Shown one piece after another: positions 1 to 8,861 of a DNA stretch of 13,717 bases (the stretch's first letter is position 1; each line of letters opens with the position of its first letter). The notes below the pieces were generated by a model. It saw only the letters and a program-made list of their open reading frames with translations. It made no database searches and was not told the DNA's origin. A program made the position numbers and the translations under genes. The DNA is taken from contig NW_021826116.1 in NCBI RefSeq assembly GCF_006345805.1, positions 1 through 13,717 on the forward strand, in the 5' to 3' direction. The DNA is from Octopus sinensis. Lineage: Eukaryota.

Positions 1-44
1 GAAGTGAAGAGGATGTCAAGCTTAAACCAGAGACCAGATTCTAA

Positions 45-281
45 TACCTATTTCGTTACTACCCACAAGGGACTAAACACAGAGAGGACAAACAAGGACA
101 GACAAACGGATTAAGTCGAGTACATCGACCCCAGTGCGTAACTGGTAGTTATTTAATCGACCCAGAAAGGATGAAAGGCAAAGTCGACCTCGGCGGAATT
201 TCAACTCAGAACGTAGCGGCAGACGAAATACCGCTAAGCATTTCGCCCGGCGTGCTAACGTTTCTGCCAGATCGCCGCCTT
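45..281 (-). mobile_element. tRNA-derived SINE, family 1, near full length
   Basis: Minus strand begins AAGGCGGCGATCTGGCAGAAACG (A-box-like), then GAGTTGAAATTCC (damaged B box) and a central GAGGTCGACTTTGCCTTTCATCCTTTCTGGGTCGATTAAATAACTACCAG block. A second diverged copy lies at 6441-6631. Recalled as an abundant octopus SINE; family name not verified. Confidence 0.85.
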
Positions 282-1059
282 AAACCAGTTTCTAATTACC
301 ATTGACAATATGAACTCCCTGCTAGTGGGGTATTAATTTTGCCATCCAAGAACTCAGAACTTGAAAAGCTGCAACAAATACTACAGAACTTTTTTCGCCA
401 TGCACTAATTATCCTGTTGAAATTCATTCTCTTACAAAATCTTACAAATAAAATAAATGAATAAATAAAAGACATTTTAAAACATACATCAATATAAACA
501 CAACAGCACATACCGCAGCATTCCAAATTAAGTTCACTTTGGATGATAGAGGTGAATGTCTGATTAAATGTCAACCTTATTTAACATTGAAAGATATCAA
601 GGAGACCTTTTTGGGTAATCCCGTGTGTAAAGTAATTATTTCGTCAAAGATTGAATTAGGAAAAATTAGTAAAATGATTTTAAGTTAGGGAATTTAAAAA
701 AATTACAGGACACTGCTTTACGTTCATAAAATAACGGAATGTCAGTAACCAAACGTTTTAATAGCTAACAGGATAAACATAAAACTAAATTCAACTTGAC
801 ATGGTAGAAGTATATCCATTCTGTGCTTTTATATATTTCGAATGATGTCGTTCGTTCTCTAATATGAAGAATATTGGTATTAAAGATATAATGAATGCTA
901 GAAGATTTTTCTTCTAATTCAGCGGTAATGGCATTTTCGATGTTGCTACGTTAAATATGGTGGAGCAAAGATTTTCGATTTTGGAGAAGTATTTCTTATG
1001 TATACAGTTCAAACAAAACATAGGTCTGAACTTATCCCAACTCTGAAACTGATTTAAAG

Positions 1060-1771
1060 AAGGAGTTACATCAAATACAGAATAGAGAACACATCAAGAA
1101 GTGATGAATGCAGAATCTGTGGAAAAATGGTGAAACGGTATGGTATATTACCACTCAATGTACGCCACTAGCCCAGAAAGAATTTAAGAGACGTCATGAC
1201 AATATTGCAAGGATTGTTCATTGGACAATTTGCATCAAATATGGATTCGACAGAGCAAAAAAGTGGTACGAACATAAACCCCAAGGCATCATCGAATATG
1301 ATAAGGCAAAGATTCTATGGGATTTTATGATTCAGTGCGACTATGTGGTAAAGAATACGAAACCAGATATAGTGTTAATTGAGAAAGAAAGCAAACGATG
1401 CTGGATCATAGATATAGCGTGCCCAGCTGACAACAAGGTATACGATAAGGAAGAAAGAAAAGTCGATAGACATAACACGTTAGCTTGGGAGGTTAAGCAG
1501 TTGTGGTCGCTGAAAAAGGTGGTAGTAGTACCAATAATTGTTGGGGCCTTGAGAACAGTGTGTAAAAATCTTGAGAAGTACATGGAACAAATAAGAGCTG
1601 CAATAAGAGTGGAACACTTGGAGAAAACAGCACTGCTTGGAACCGCTGGAATACTTCGGATGGTGCTCGAAAAATAAACATTGTTGCATTAGTTCACTGG
1701 TTGTGAACAGCTGACACCGTACTTCATTTGCAGCGTTAGAAGCTGTGTAAAGACACTAAAAAAAAAAAAAA
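1060..1771 (+). mobile_element. 5'-truncated non-LTR retrotransposon, R4/Dong-like (RLE endonuclease), element A
   Basis: Encodes a zinc knuckle CRIC-x8-(H>Y)-x4-C, then RHDN, WDF..CD...KPDIVLIEKESKRCWIIDIACP (PD..D restriction-like endonuclease) and VVPIIVGALR. Stop at 1675-1677, ~80-nt 3' UTR, A14 at 1758-1771, then (TAA)n. Confidence 0.9.
1063..1677 (+). pseudogene. C-terminal fragment of the retrotransposon ORF (zinc knuckle + RLE) with one frameshift
   Basis: SYIKYRIENTSRSDECRICGK is read in one frame and joins the listed 1108..1677 ORF (NGETVWYITTQC...) by a 1-nt loss in the A5 run at 1123-1127. The RT domain is absent. Confidence 0.85.
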
Positions 1772-1793
1772 TAATAATAATAATAATAATAGA

Positions 1794-1829
<36 letters not shown>

Positions 1830-1936
1830 TAATAATAATATAATGATAATAATAATAATAATATAAAATAATAGTAATAATATTATAATAATAATAATAT
1901 AATAATAATAGTAATAATAATAATAAAATAATAATA

Positions 1937-1971
<35 letters not shown>

Positions 1972-2045
1972 GTATAATAATAATAATAATAATAATATAA
2001 TAATAATAATAATAATATAAAATAATAATATAATAATAATAGTAA

Positions 2046-2078
<33 letters not shown>

Positions 2079-2085
2079 AATAATC

Positions 2086-2127
<42 letters not shown>

Positions 2128-2227
2128 GTAATAATCAAATAATAATAATAATCTATAATAATAGTAATATAATAATAATATAATAATAATAATAATAATA
2201 ATAATATAATTACATAATATAATAATA
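1758..2227. repeat. A14 plus ~455-bp degenerate (TAA)n microsatellite
   Basis: TAA units with TAATA, TAAAA and TAG variants. Source of the poly-Ile/Leu/Tyr pseudo-ORF 1689..2234. Confidence 0.97.
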
Positions 2228-2228
2228 C

Positions 2229-3548
2229 GTCCACAGGCTCTATCTCCCCCGAAACGAAGGCGCCAGAGGCCTAATTCATTTTGAAATGTCCTATAAAACT
2301 ACCACAATAGGACTTTAAGTGTACATCCAAACTAACACCGACTGGATGATACAGCTGGTAAGGCTACACGAACAGATTAAGAAAACTGTACTTAATCTAA
2401 AAGAAGATATATAAATACAGACGAGAGCTTAACCTGCCAGATTAGGATGGTGATAAGGAAGACGTATCACCCACTAAGGGAGCAAAAAAGTGTGAAAAAA
2501 ACCAAGCAGGACAGCTTGTAGATAAAAGCAAGAAAGAAAGACCCTCGCATGGGCAATACTCCAAACGAGCTGAGGAAGCTGAGGTAGATATAAGAAAACC
2601 CATCAGTGACTGAAGTGTTGGTTTGAAAGCGGAAACAGAAGCATACGTCCGAGCAACAGCGTCTCTTCACTTGGAAGTATTAAGCTAATGCCACACAATG
2701 AGGTAGAAACAAAGTGTGCAACCTGCAATGATAAACTCGAGAGTATTGACCACATTCTTGTCGGTTGTTCATTGCACACTTTGCATCAAATATGGATTTG
2801 ACAGAGCAAAAAAATTGGTACGAACATAAACCCCAAGACATCATCGAATTTGATAAGGCAAAGATTCTATGGGATTTTATGATTCAGTGCGACCATGAGG
2901 TAAAGAATACGAAACCAGATATAGTGTTAATTAAGAAAGAAAGAAAGCAAACGATACTGGATCATAGATATAGTCCTTGCCCCTACAGAATATGGAACCA
3001 GACATGATCGTGTTGGCCAATGCTTGTAATGGAACGTATGTCGTCACTATGGTATCCCGCACCCTAAGGACTGGTATGAACACCATCACTGAGGGAGAGA
3101 ATGTTAGCATCCTATGAGATAACGGAATATATACAGACAGGCAAACACATGTTAACAGAACAGACATCGTCATCAAAGAAGCCAAAACAAAAAAAAACAT
3201 GCTTGTTAATTGATATGACAGTGCCGACTGATAGAAAGATTTCAGCAAAGGGATTTGGAAAACTGTCGAAATATAAGGACCTTAAGATTGAGATAACTAG
3301 GACATAGCAATTAAAAACCAAAACCATTCTTGTTGGTGCTCTGGGAATGATCAAGAATGTTCCTGACAGATATTTTTACCTGATCCCTGGAAAACCAACA
3401 ATCTATAAGATTTAAGAAATTGTGTTGACATCAACCACCCATAGTCTCAAGACGTTTATCCCCATCTAATATATATATATATATGTAAGTTAAGTCTCTG
3501 GTTGAGACCCATTCAAAAGAAGAAATATAATGCAATTTAACCGCAAAG
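2229..3548 (+). mobile_element. 5'-truncated, decayed R4/Dong-like non-LTR retrotransposon, element B (different family from A)
   Basis: VHRLYLPRNEGARGL (post-RT motif, 2229-2273), PSHGQY, GLKAETE, intact CATC-x8-H-x4-C (2715-2768), LAPTEYGTRHDRVGQ, WYEH, TDIVIKE..TCLLIDMTVP..KLSKYKDL, VGALG. Many stops and frameshifts; ORF stop at 3467-3469; 3' UTR, then (GAT)/(AAT)n. Confidence 0.9.
2765..2973 (+). mobile_element. Internal fragment of the element-A family embedded in element B
   Basis: Aligns by eye to 1214-1417 with 10 substitutions, a 1-nt insertion and a 4-nt (GAAA) insertion, about 95% identity. Confidence 0.93.
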
Positions 3549-3565
3549 TGATGATGATGAGGATA

Positions 3566-3600
<35 letters not shown>

Positions 3601-3614
3601 AATGATAATAATAA

Positions 3615-3652
<38 letters not shown>

Positions 3653-3678
3653 AGAGTAGTAGTAGTAGTAGTAGTAAT

Positions 3679-3736
<58 letters not shown>
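3549..3736. repeat. Compound trinucleotide microsatellite (TGA)4-(AAT/GAT)n-(AGT)n
   Basis: Directly visible; AGT starts at 3616. Source of pseudo-ORFs 3530..3790 and 3537..3788. Confidence 0.97.
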
Positions 3737-3740
<4 letters not shown>

Positions 3741-4328
3741 CAATAACGATTTCCTATAGTTTTCCAGAAAATCTCGACACTTCAGCATGAAGTATCAATA
3801 CAAGAAAACATACAAATACAAATACAAGCGTAAACGGTAGAGAACCACAAGCAAATCTGAAACTGTATCATCCCCGCTTTTTGCCCCCTCATTGTAATCC
3901 ATTGTTAAAAGCGTTGCTGTTATCGCGCCTGATGATAGAGAAAAACAGTATATCGGTTGCACAGGCCTTTGCTTTGAAAACGGATAAACAGAATATCAAT
4001 ACTCCTTCACATATCCAGAACACAGAAACAATGAGTCATTTTCCAAATATATCTGAAGACGTAATAAACAAAAATTACACAAATTTATTGAAACTAACCA
4101 TTTATTCAAAAGTCAATTCACACAAAATAAGACAGAAATCTGGGTTCTTAACAAAGGATTTTATGGTATTGAATATGACGTTGCATCAGGATTTAAAATG
4201 TTGACAGAGCAAGGATGTTCCTTTTTTTTTTTTTGGTTTTTGCTCCGACTACGGATGGACTAAATACCCTGATTTATAGATTTATATACACAGATCACCT
4301 TGTACACACACATTCACGCACATGTAAG

Positions 4329-4342
4329 TCTCTCTCTCTCTC

Positions 4343-4381
<39 letters not shown>

Positions 4382-4424
4382 ATTATATATATATATATAT
4401 ATATATAACAAGAGAGAGAGAGAG
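4329..4424. repeat. Compound (TC)n-(TA)n-(AG)n microsatellite
   Basis: Directly visible. Confidence 0.97.
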
Positions 4425-4440
4425 TAAAAGAATATGTATA

Positions 4441-4607
4441 GACGCAGGTGTGGCTGTGTGATAAGTAGCTTGCATACCAACGACATGTTTTCTGGGTTCA
4501 ATCCCACTGCGAGGCACCTTAGGCAAATGTTTTCTATTATAGCCTCCGGTCGACCAACAACTTCTTAAGTGGATATGGTAATCGGAAATTGAAAGAAGCC
4601 CGTCGCA

Positions 4608-4662
<55 letters not shown>

Positions 4663-4878
4663 GATATGTGTGTGTGTGTGTATCTCTGTTTGTCCCTCCA
4701 CCATCGCTTGACAACCGATGTTGGTGTGTTTAAGTCCCCGTAACTTAGCGGTTCAGCAAAAGAGAGCGATACAATAAGTACTAGGTTTACAAAAAATAAA
4801 TCCTATAGTCGATTTGCTCGATTAAACGCTGTGCTCCAGTTTGGCCGCAGCCAAATGAATGAAAGAAATAAAAGAATA
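4441..4878 (+). mobile_element. tRNA-derived SINE, family 2 (CORE-like domain), full length with internal microsatellite
   Basis: A-box-like TGGCTGTGTG, B box GGTTCAATCCC at 4495-4505, CORE-like GGCACCTTAGGCAAATG, internal (CT)n(AT)n(GT)n and an AAAAGA-type tail. Homologous copies at 9561-9980 and 12689-12830. Confidence 0.9.
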
Positions 4879-4898
4879 TGCACATTCATCTTTGCATA

Positions 4899-5800
4899 TA
4901 GGTTAGGTGAAATGTCAGTAGGCATTGAAGATTGCTGATCGAATTTCTAGCATCACTGAAGCCTGAAGCCACGACGAAAACATTTTTTAAACTGAAAAAA
5001 CTAATGTGGAATTTTTTTGCTTTCTTCTTACTGTTTTATTTCTTCTTTCTTAATTCCCAGATGCCCGGTCGCTTGATTGTTCAAGAGCGAGCAAAGACAG
5101 CAGCACGCTTCGAAGTGTGGAATTGCATTGTTTTGGTTCAGGCATGGTGGCATGCATGGAAAGGTAAACATGCAACAACACTACGTCCGGGTTAGAATAA
5201 AAAAAGTTGTCATGCAAAGCTGATGACCACGGCTCTGCGAACGATGCAAGAAGTGGAAGTTCAACCATATTCCGATCAGCGGAGAACGTGTCAACAGGAA
5301 ATGTTGAATTGCAACATGCAAAAATCAACACGTGAAGCAGCTCATTAAAGTGGACTAACAAGACAAACAATACATACTGTGTTGCATGAAGAAGTGAATA
5401 TTCGTCCGTGGATACCCCACTACGTGCAGGAGCTAAAACCTGAAGGCTGCGACGGCAGAGGTCCAGAAGTTCAGATCTCACTCCATTTGATTTTTACCTG
5501 TGGGGTTACACAAAAGAGGAGTTGTACACGACAAAACGTCGCACACTGGAGGACATGGGGACACGGATTCAGAAGGTTCTCAATGACATCACAGACGACG
5601 TCCTTCAGAAGGTTATTCGTTCCATCGTTGGCCGTTTGAGGAAGCTGATTGACACCACCGCTTCTTACGTTGAAATAGGAAGATTTACTTTCATTTTCCC
5701 AAGTAATAAAGAACATGTATCATTTGTTTCAATAAGTTCGTTAAAGAAATATGGATCTTATTATGCATCCTTAATGCGTACTTAATTTTCACTCACCCTG
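4899..5800 (+). mobile_element. Tc1/mariner-superfamily DNA transposon, internally deleted (DD..D type)
   Basis: Degenerate 28-bp TIRs (4899-4926 vs reverse complement of 5773-5800, CAGGGTGAGTGAAAATTAAGTACGCATT; 20/28 match), TA on both sides. Decayed N-terminal HTH from ATG 5061 (MPGRLIVQERAK..KSTREAA..GLTRQTIHTVL..RPWIPHYVQELKPE) is fused near 5451-5465 to the C-terminal RSSDLTPFDFYLWGYTKEELY. Confidence 0.9.
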
Positions 5801-5995
<195 letters not shown>

Positions 5996-6066
5996 CAGCC
6001 GAAACGTTATGTTTACAACAAACAAGACGAGGACAAATATCTGTCGAATGTAAATAATGTAAATAA
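5996..6066 (+). mobile_element. Possible terminal remnant of a Penelope-like element
   Basis: GCCGAAACGTT followed by ACAACAAACAAGACGAGGACAAATATCTGTCGAATGTAAATAATGTAAATAA. CCGAAAC(G) is typical near Penelope termini and I recall this string as a common octopus repeat; unverified. Confidence 0.3.
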
Positions 6067-6440
6067 GTCTTAATTGATTGTTTGGCTTTCCATACGTGGT
6101 TGTAATATCCTTAGCTCACATTACGAGAGCAATAACACCAGTCCTGAAAGGGGCAAACTACAAAAATTGGTTAGATTTTCACCCAGGGAATCAGCTTTGG
6201 ACAAATATTACAGATACACACAAACACATATATAACTTGAAATGGTGATTATTATCACATCGTTAGTACTTCATTGAATAACCTGCTTAGAGCCGTATTC
6301 AGTTAACTAAATAAACATCAATAAACAATTCACAAACCCTATGTTTAATCTAATAAGTATAAAATATCTTTCCTAGAGTGTACAATAGCAATCAAGTTAA
6401 TTAATATGATTATTAATTGTAGTAACAAATTATAAATATG

Positions 6441-6631
6441 GTTTCAAATTTTGGCACAAGGTCAGTAATTTCTGGGGAGGAATATGTGGATTAAATAGAA
6501 ACCAGTGCTCAACTGGTACTTATATTATCGACGCTGAAAGGATGGCAGGAGAAGTCGACCTCAGCGGAATTCAAACTCGGAACGTAAAGATAGAAGAAAT
6601 GCCAATAAGCATTTTGACAGTTTACCGCCTT
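6441..6631 (-). mobile_element. tRNA-derived SINE, family 1, diverged copy with internal deletion
   Basis: CCAGTGCTCAACTGGTACTTATATTATCGACGCTGAAAGGATGGCAGGAGAAGTCGACCTCAGCGGAATTCAAACTCGGAACGTA aligns to 131-215. Ends in CCGCCTT like 275-281. Confidence 0.85.
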
Positions 6632-6637
6632 GTATCA

Positions 6638-6694
<57 letters not shown>

Positions 6695-6766
6695 AATTAA
6701 TAATAATAATAATAATAATAATAACAATTATTATTATTATCATTATTATTATTATTATTATTATTA
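6638..6766. repeat. (TAC)19-(TAA)9-CAA-(TTA)13 compound microsatellite
   Basis: Directly visible. Confidence 0.97.
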
Positions 6767-6787
6767 ATATAATTAGTAACGATGATT

Positions 6788-6919
6788 ACACACACACACA
6801 CACACACACATATATACACACACACGCACGCGTGCACACACACGCACGCGCGCACACACACGCACGCGCGCACACACACGCACGCGCGCACACACACATA
6901 CATACATATACATATATAT
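6788..6919. repeat. (CA)n tract containing four copies of the 18-mer CACACACACGCACGCGCG
   Basis: Units at 6817, 6835, 6853 and 6871; the first carries one C>T. Confidence 0.95.
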
Positions 6920-7726
6920 TTATAGAAAGAAGCTTTAAAAGAATGTGGATTAAAACACAGTGGTTGGAAATACCATGCTTTATAAGTGATTTCGTTAAGT
7001 CCAGCTTTTCAAACGCTCTTAGTGTATGGTAATTCGCACGGCGGCAATAATTGTATGGTAGAAGTTGTCAATATTCCTGATTTAGTTTCTGATTGAGAAT
7101 CGCATAAAATATTCTTTTTATCATTCATAAGTGATAACTTTACTCCTACGCATTCAAAGGAAAAGGATATTTTCAATTTTCTATTCGTACAAGTATCTGG
7201 ATGCTTACCAAATGGAACATCTTTATTAAATGGATCTTTGACTTGTTGTTTATATGATCTACTAATTTTCTTCATTCTTCGCCGATATGATTATCGCTGC
7301 TTAGTGAAAAAATAATGCAGTAAATTATCTGAAATTCTCATTTTCATAAACCCGAAACCCTTCTCCTTTTATGATAATCGTTTTGATTTCAATCTGTAAT
7401 CATAATCACACGTTCTGCAACGAAGGGCTTTACGTTGTCTTACCTCTGTCATTTCTTTTCCCGCTTAGAATTCCGCCCTTGCTAGGAGATTTCTATGGCT
7501 TTGTAATTGTCTTCCATTTATGAATTTTGACACATTAATGATTTACTTTAGATTCCGTGACTGATTTAAAATTGCAAGTTATAATTTGCCCAAATATACG
7601 GTACAGTGGTTTCGAGAATTATAGGTGAATATTTCTGGGTGGGTGCTCCTTGAGAGATTTTCGTTGTAACACAGGGATTAGGATGTATTTTACCTCATTT
7701 ATGACATTAATCATTAGGCTTTACAG

Positions 7727-7812
7727 GTGAGACAGGTGATTTGAGGAAACCAGATGAAACGCTAAAAGATAAAGAGAGCGAAAGCGTTTTCTCAAAATAT
7801 AAAGTCCCATAA
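7727..7812 (+). CDS. Candidate terminal coding exon, unidentified
   Basis: Acceptor GGCTTTACAG|G, phase-1 frame (G)ETGDLRKPDETLKDKESESVFSKYKVP*, AATAAA at 7847-7852. No recognisable homology and no clear upstream partner exon. Confidence 0.2.
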
Positions 7813-7990
7813 ACCCTGTCGAAAACAGGTTTTGAAGGATCCTTGCAATAAAATTAAAAATATTTAAATTAAGAGTAAATTTTAATAAGCACACACACAC
7901 ACACACACCACAACACACACACATACACACACACTTATATATATAATATAATGTGACATATAATACAATAGAACATAAAATATAACATCG

Positions 7991-8370
7991 TGGATCTCCG
8001 TCGGTTGCGACGGCAAGGCTTCCTGTTGATCCGAACAATGGAACAGCCTGCGCGTGAAATTAATGTGCAAGTGGCTGACCACTCCACAGACACGTGTGCC
8101 CTTAATGTAGTTCTCAAGGAGATTCAATGTGGTACAGTGTGTGACAAGGCTGGCCCTTTGAAATGCAGATACAAATACAGGAAGAAAGAGTGGGAGGAAG
8201 TTGTGGTGAAAGAGTACAGCAGTGTTTGCCACCCCCCCCCCGCTGGAGCCTCGGGGAGCTTTCGGTGTTTTCGCTCAATAAACACTCACAGCGCCTGGTC
8301 TGGAAATCGAAGCCACGATTCCATGACCTCGAATCCGCTGCCCTAACCACTGTGCCATTGCTCATCCACA
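7991..8370 (-). mobile_element. tRNA-derived SINE, family 3
   Basis: Minus strand: TGGCACAGTGGTTAGGGCAGCGG (A box, tRNA-like head), GCTTCGATTTCC (B-box-like, 8313-8302), a GC-richer body and tail GTTCGGATCAACAGGAAGCCTTGCCGTCGCAACCGACGGAG. Recalled as a common octopus repeat. Confidence 0.8.
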
Positions 8371-8390
8371 ATATAATAAAATATACAATA

Positions 8391-8794
8391 CAAGATGTTC
8401 AAAAAGTCTGCCCGCAGTGAATTCTTCGGTGAAGGGATTTTTTCGAAGGGACGTTGGCTACCAAGATCACCTGATTTAACATCGCCAGACGTTTTTGTCT
8501 GGAGAGCAAATAAAGGATCAGAGTAGAAGAATCGCCCGAAAGCCATTAATGAGCTAAAAGACTCAATCATAACCTTTACATGTTCCATACAGCGTCAGAC
8601 TCTCCAAGATGCATTTAAAAACATTAGTAGAAGAGTCAACTTATGTATTGAAAATGAAGGACGACACTTTCAACGCCTCTTATAAAGTTATTGAAAGTCT
8701 TGTAAATTCTGATATATTCTTTTGTAGTCTTATACCATCTTATAAATATTTATTTGGCAATAAAATACTGCGGAGACACATTTTGAACTCCTTG
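8391..8794 (+). mobile_element. 404-bp Tc1/mariner deletion derivative (MITE-like) retaining only the transposase C-terminus
   Basis: 26-bp TIRs (8391-8416 vs 8769-8794, 20/26 match), TA at 8389-8390 and 8795-8796. 8419-8685 reads EFFGEGIFSKGRWLPRSPDLTSPDVFVW..*KNRPKAINELK..CIENEGRHFQRLL* with one internal stop (8524-8526). Confidence 0.92.
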
Positions 8795-8861
8795 TATAAT
8801 ATAATATGATATATAATATAATATAATATAATATAATATATTATAATACAATATAATATAA
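8795..8861. repeat. (AATAT)n pentanucleotide array
   Basis: Directly visible. Related degenerate pieces at 7940-7988, 8371-8390 and 9257-9280. Confidence 0.9.

Noticed and set aside
1772-2227. Coded or higher-order pattern in the TAA variants
   Set aside because: No stable periodicity found by eye; the 1-nt indel variants could be slippage or long-read errors.
1689-2234. 181-aa minus-strand ORF
   Set aside because: Translation of the (TAA)n array; low complexity, no coding signal.
3530-3790. Poly-I/V/S and poly-Y/L ORFs
   Set aside because: Read-through of the AAT/AGT microsatellite.
3881-4204. 107-aa plus-strand ORF
   Set aside because: Starts at TTG, no recognisable motif, and ORFs of this length can arise by chance.
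5050-5716. Minus-strand ORFs of 143, 86 and 81 aa
   Set aside because: Antisense shadows of the decayed mariner transposase.
6073-6246. 56-codon plus-strand open frame (..GANYKNWLDFHPGNQLWTNITD..)
   Set aside because: Protein-like by eye but no start codon, no consistent splice pair and no recognised homology.
7009-7275. 88-aa minus-strand ORF as a single-exon gene
   Set aside because: No recognisable domain; length is within chance expectation for this window.
7439-7470. Strong minus-strand donor (AG|GTAAGA) overlapping a strong plus-strand acceptor (TTTCTTTTCCCGCTTAG|)
   Set aside because: Neither yields a sustained reading frame or a compatible partner exon.
8290-8370. tRNA-like sequence as a tRNA gene (also 210-281, 4441-4510, 9910-9980)
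   Set aside because: A and B boxes continue into SINE bodies; no complete cloverleaf or acceptor stem is evident.
7882-8420. Several overlapping ORFs of 85-118 aa
   Set aside because: All lie in the GC-richer body of a SINE.
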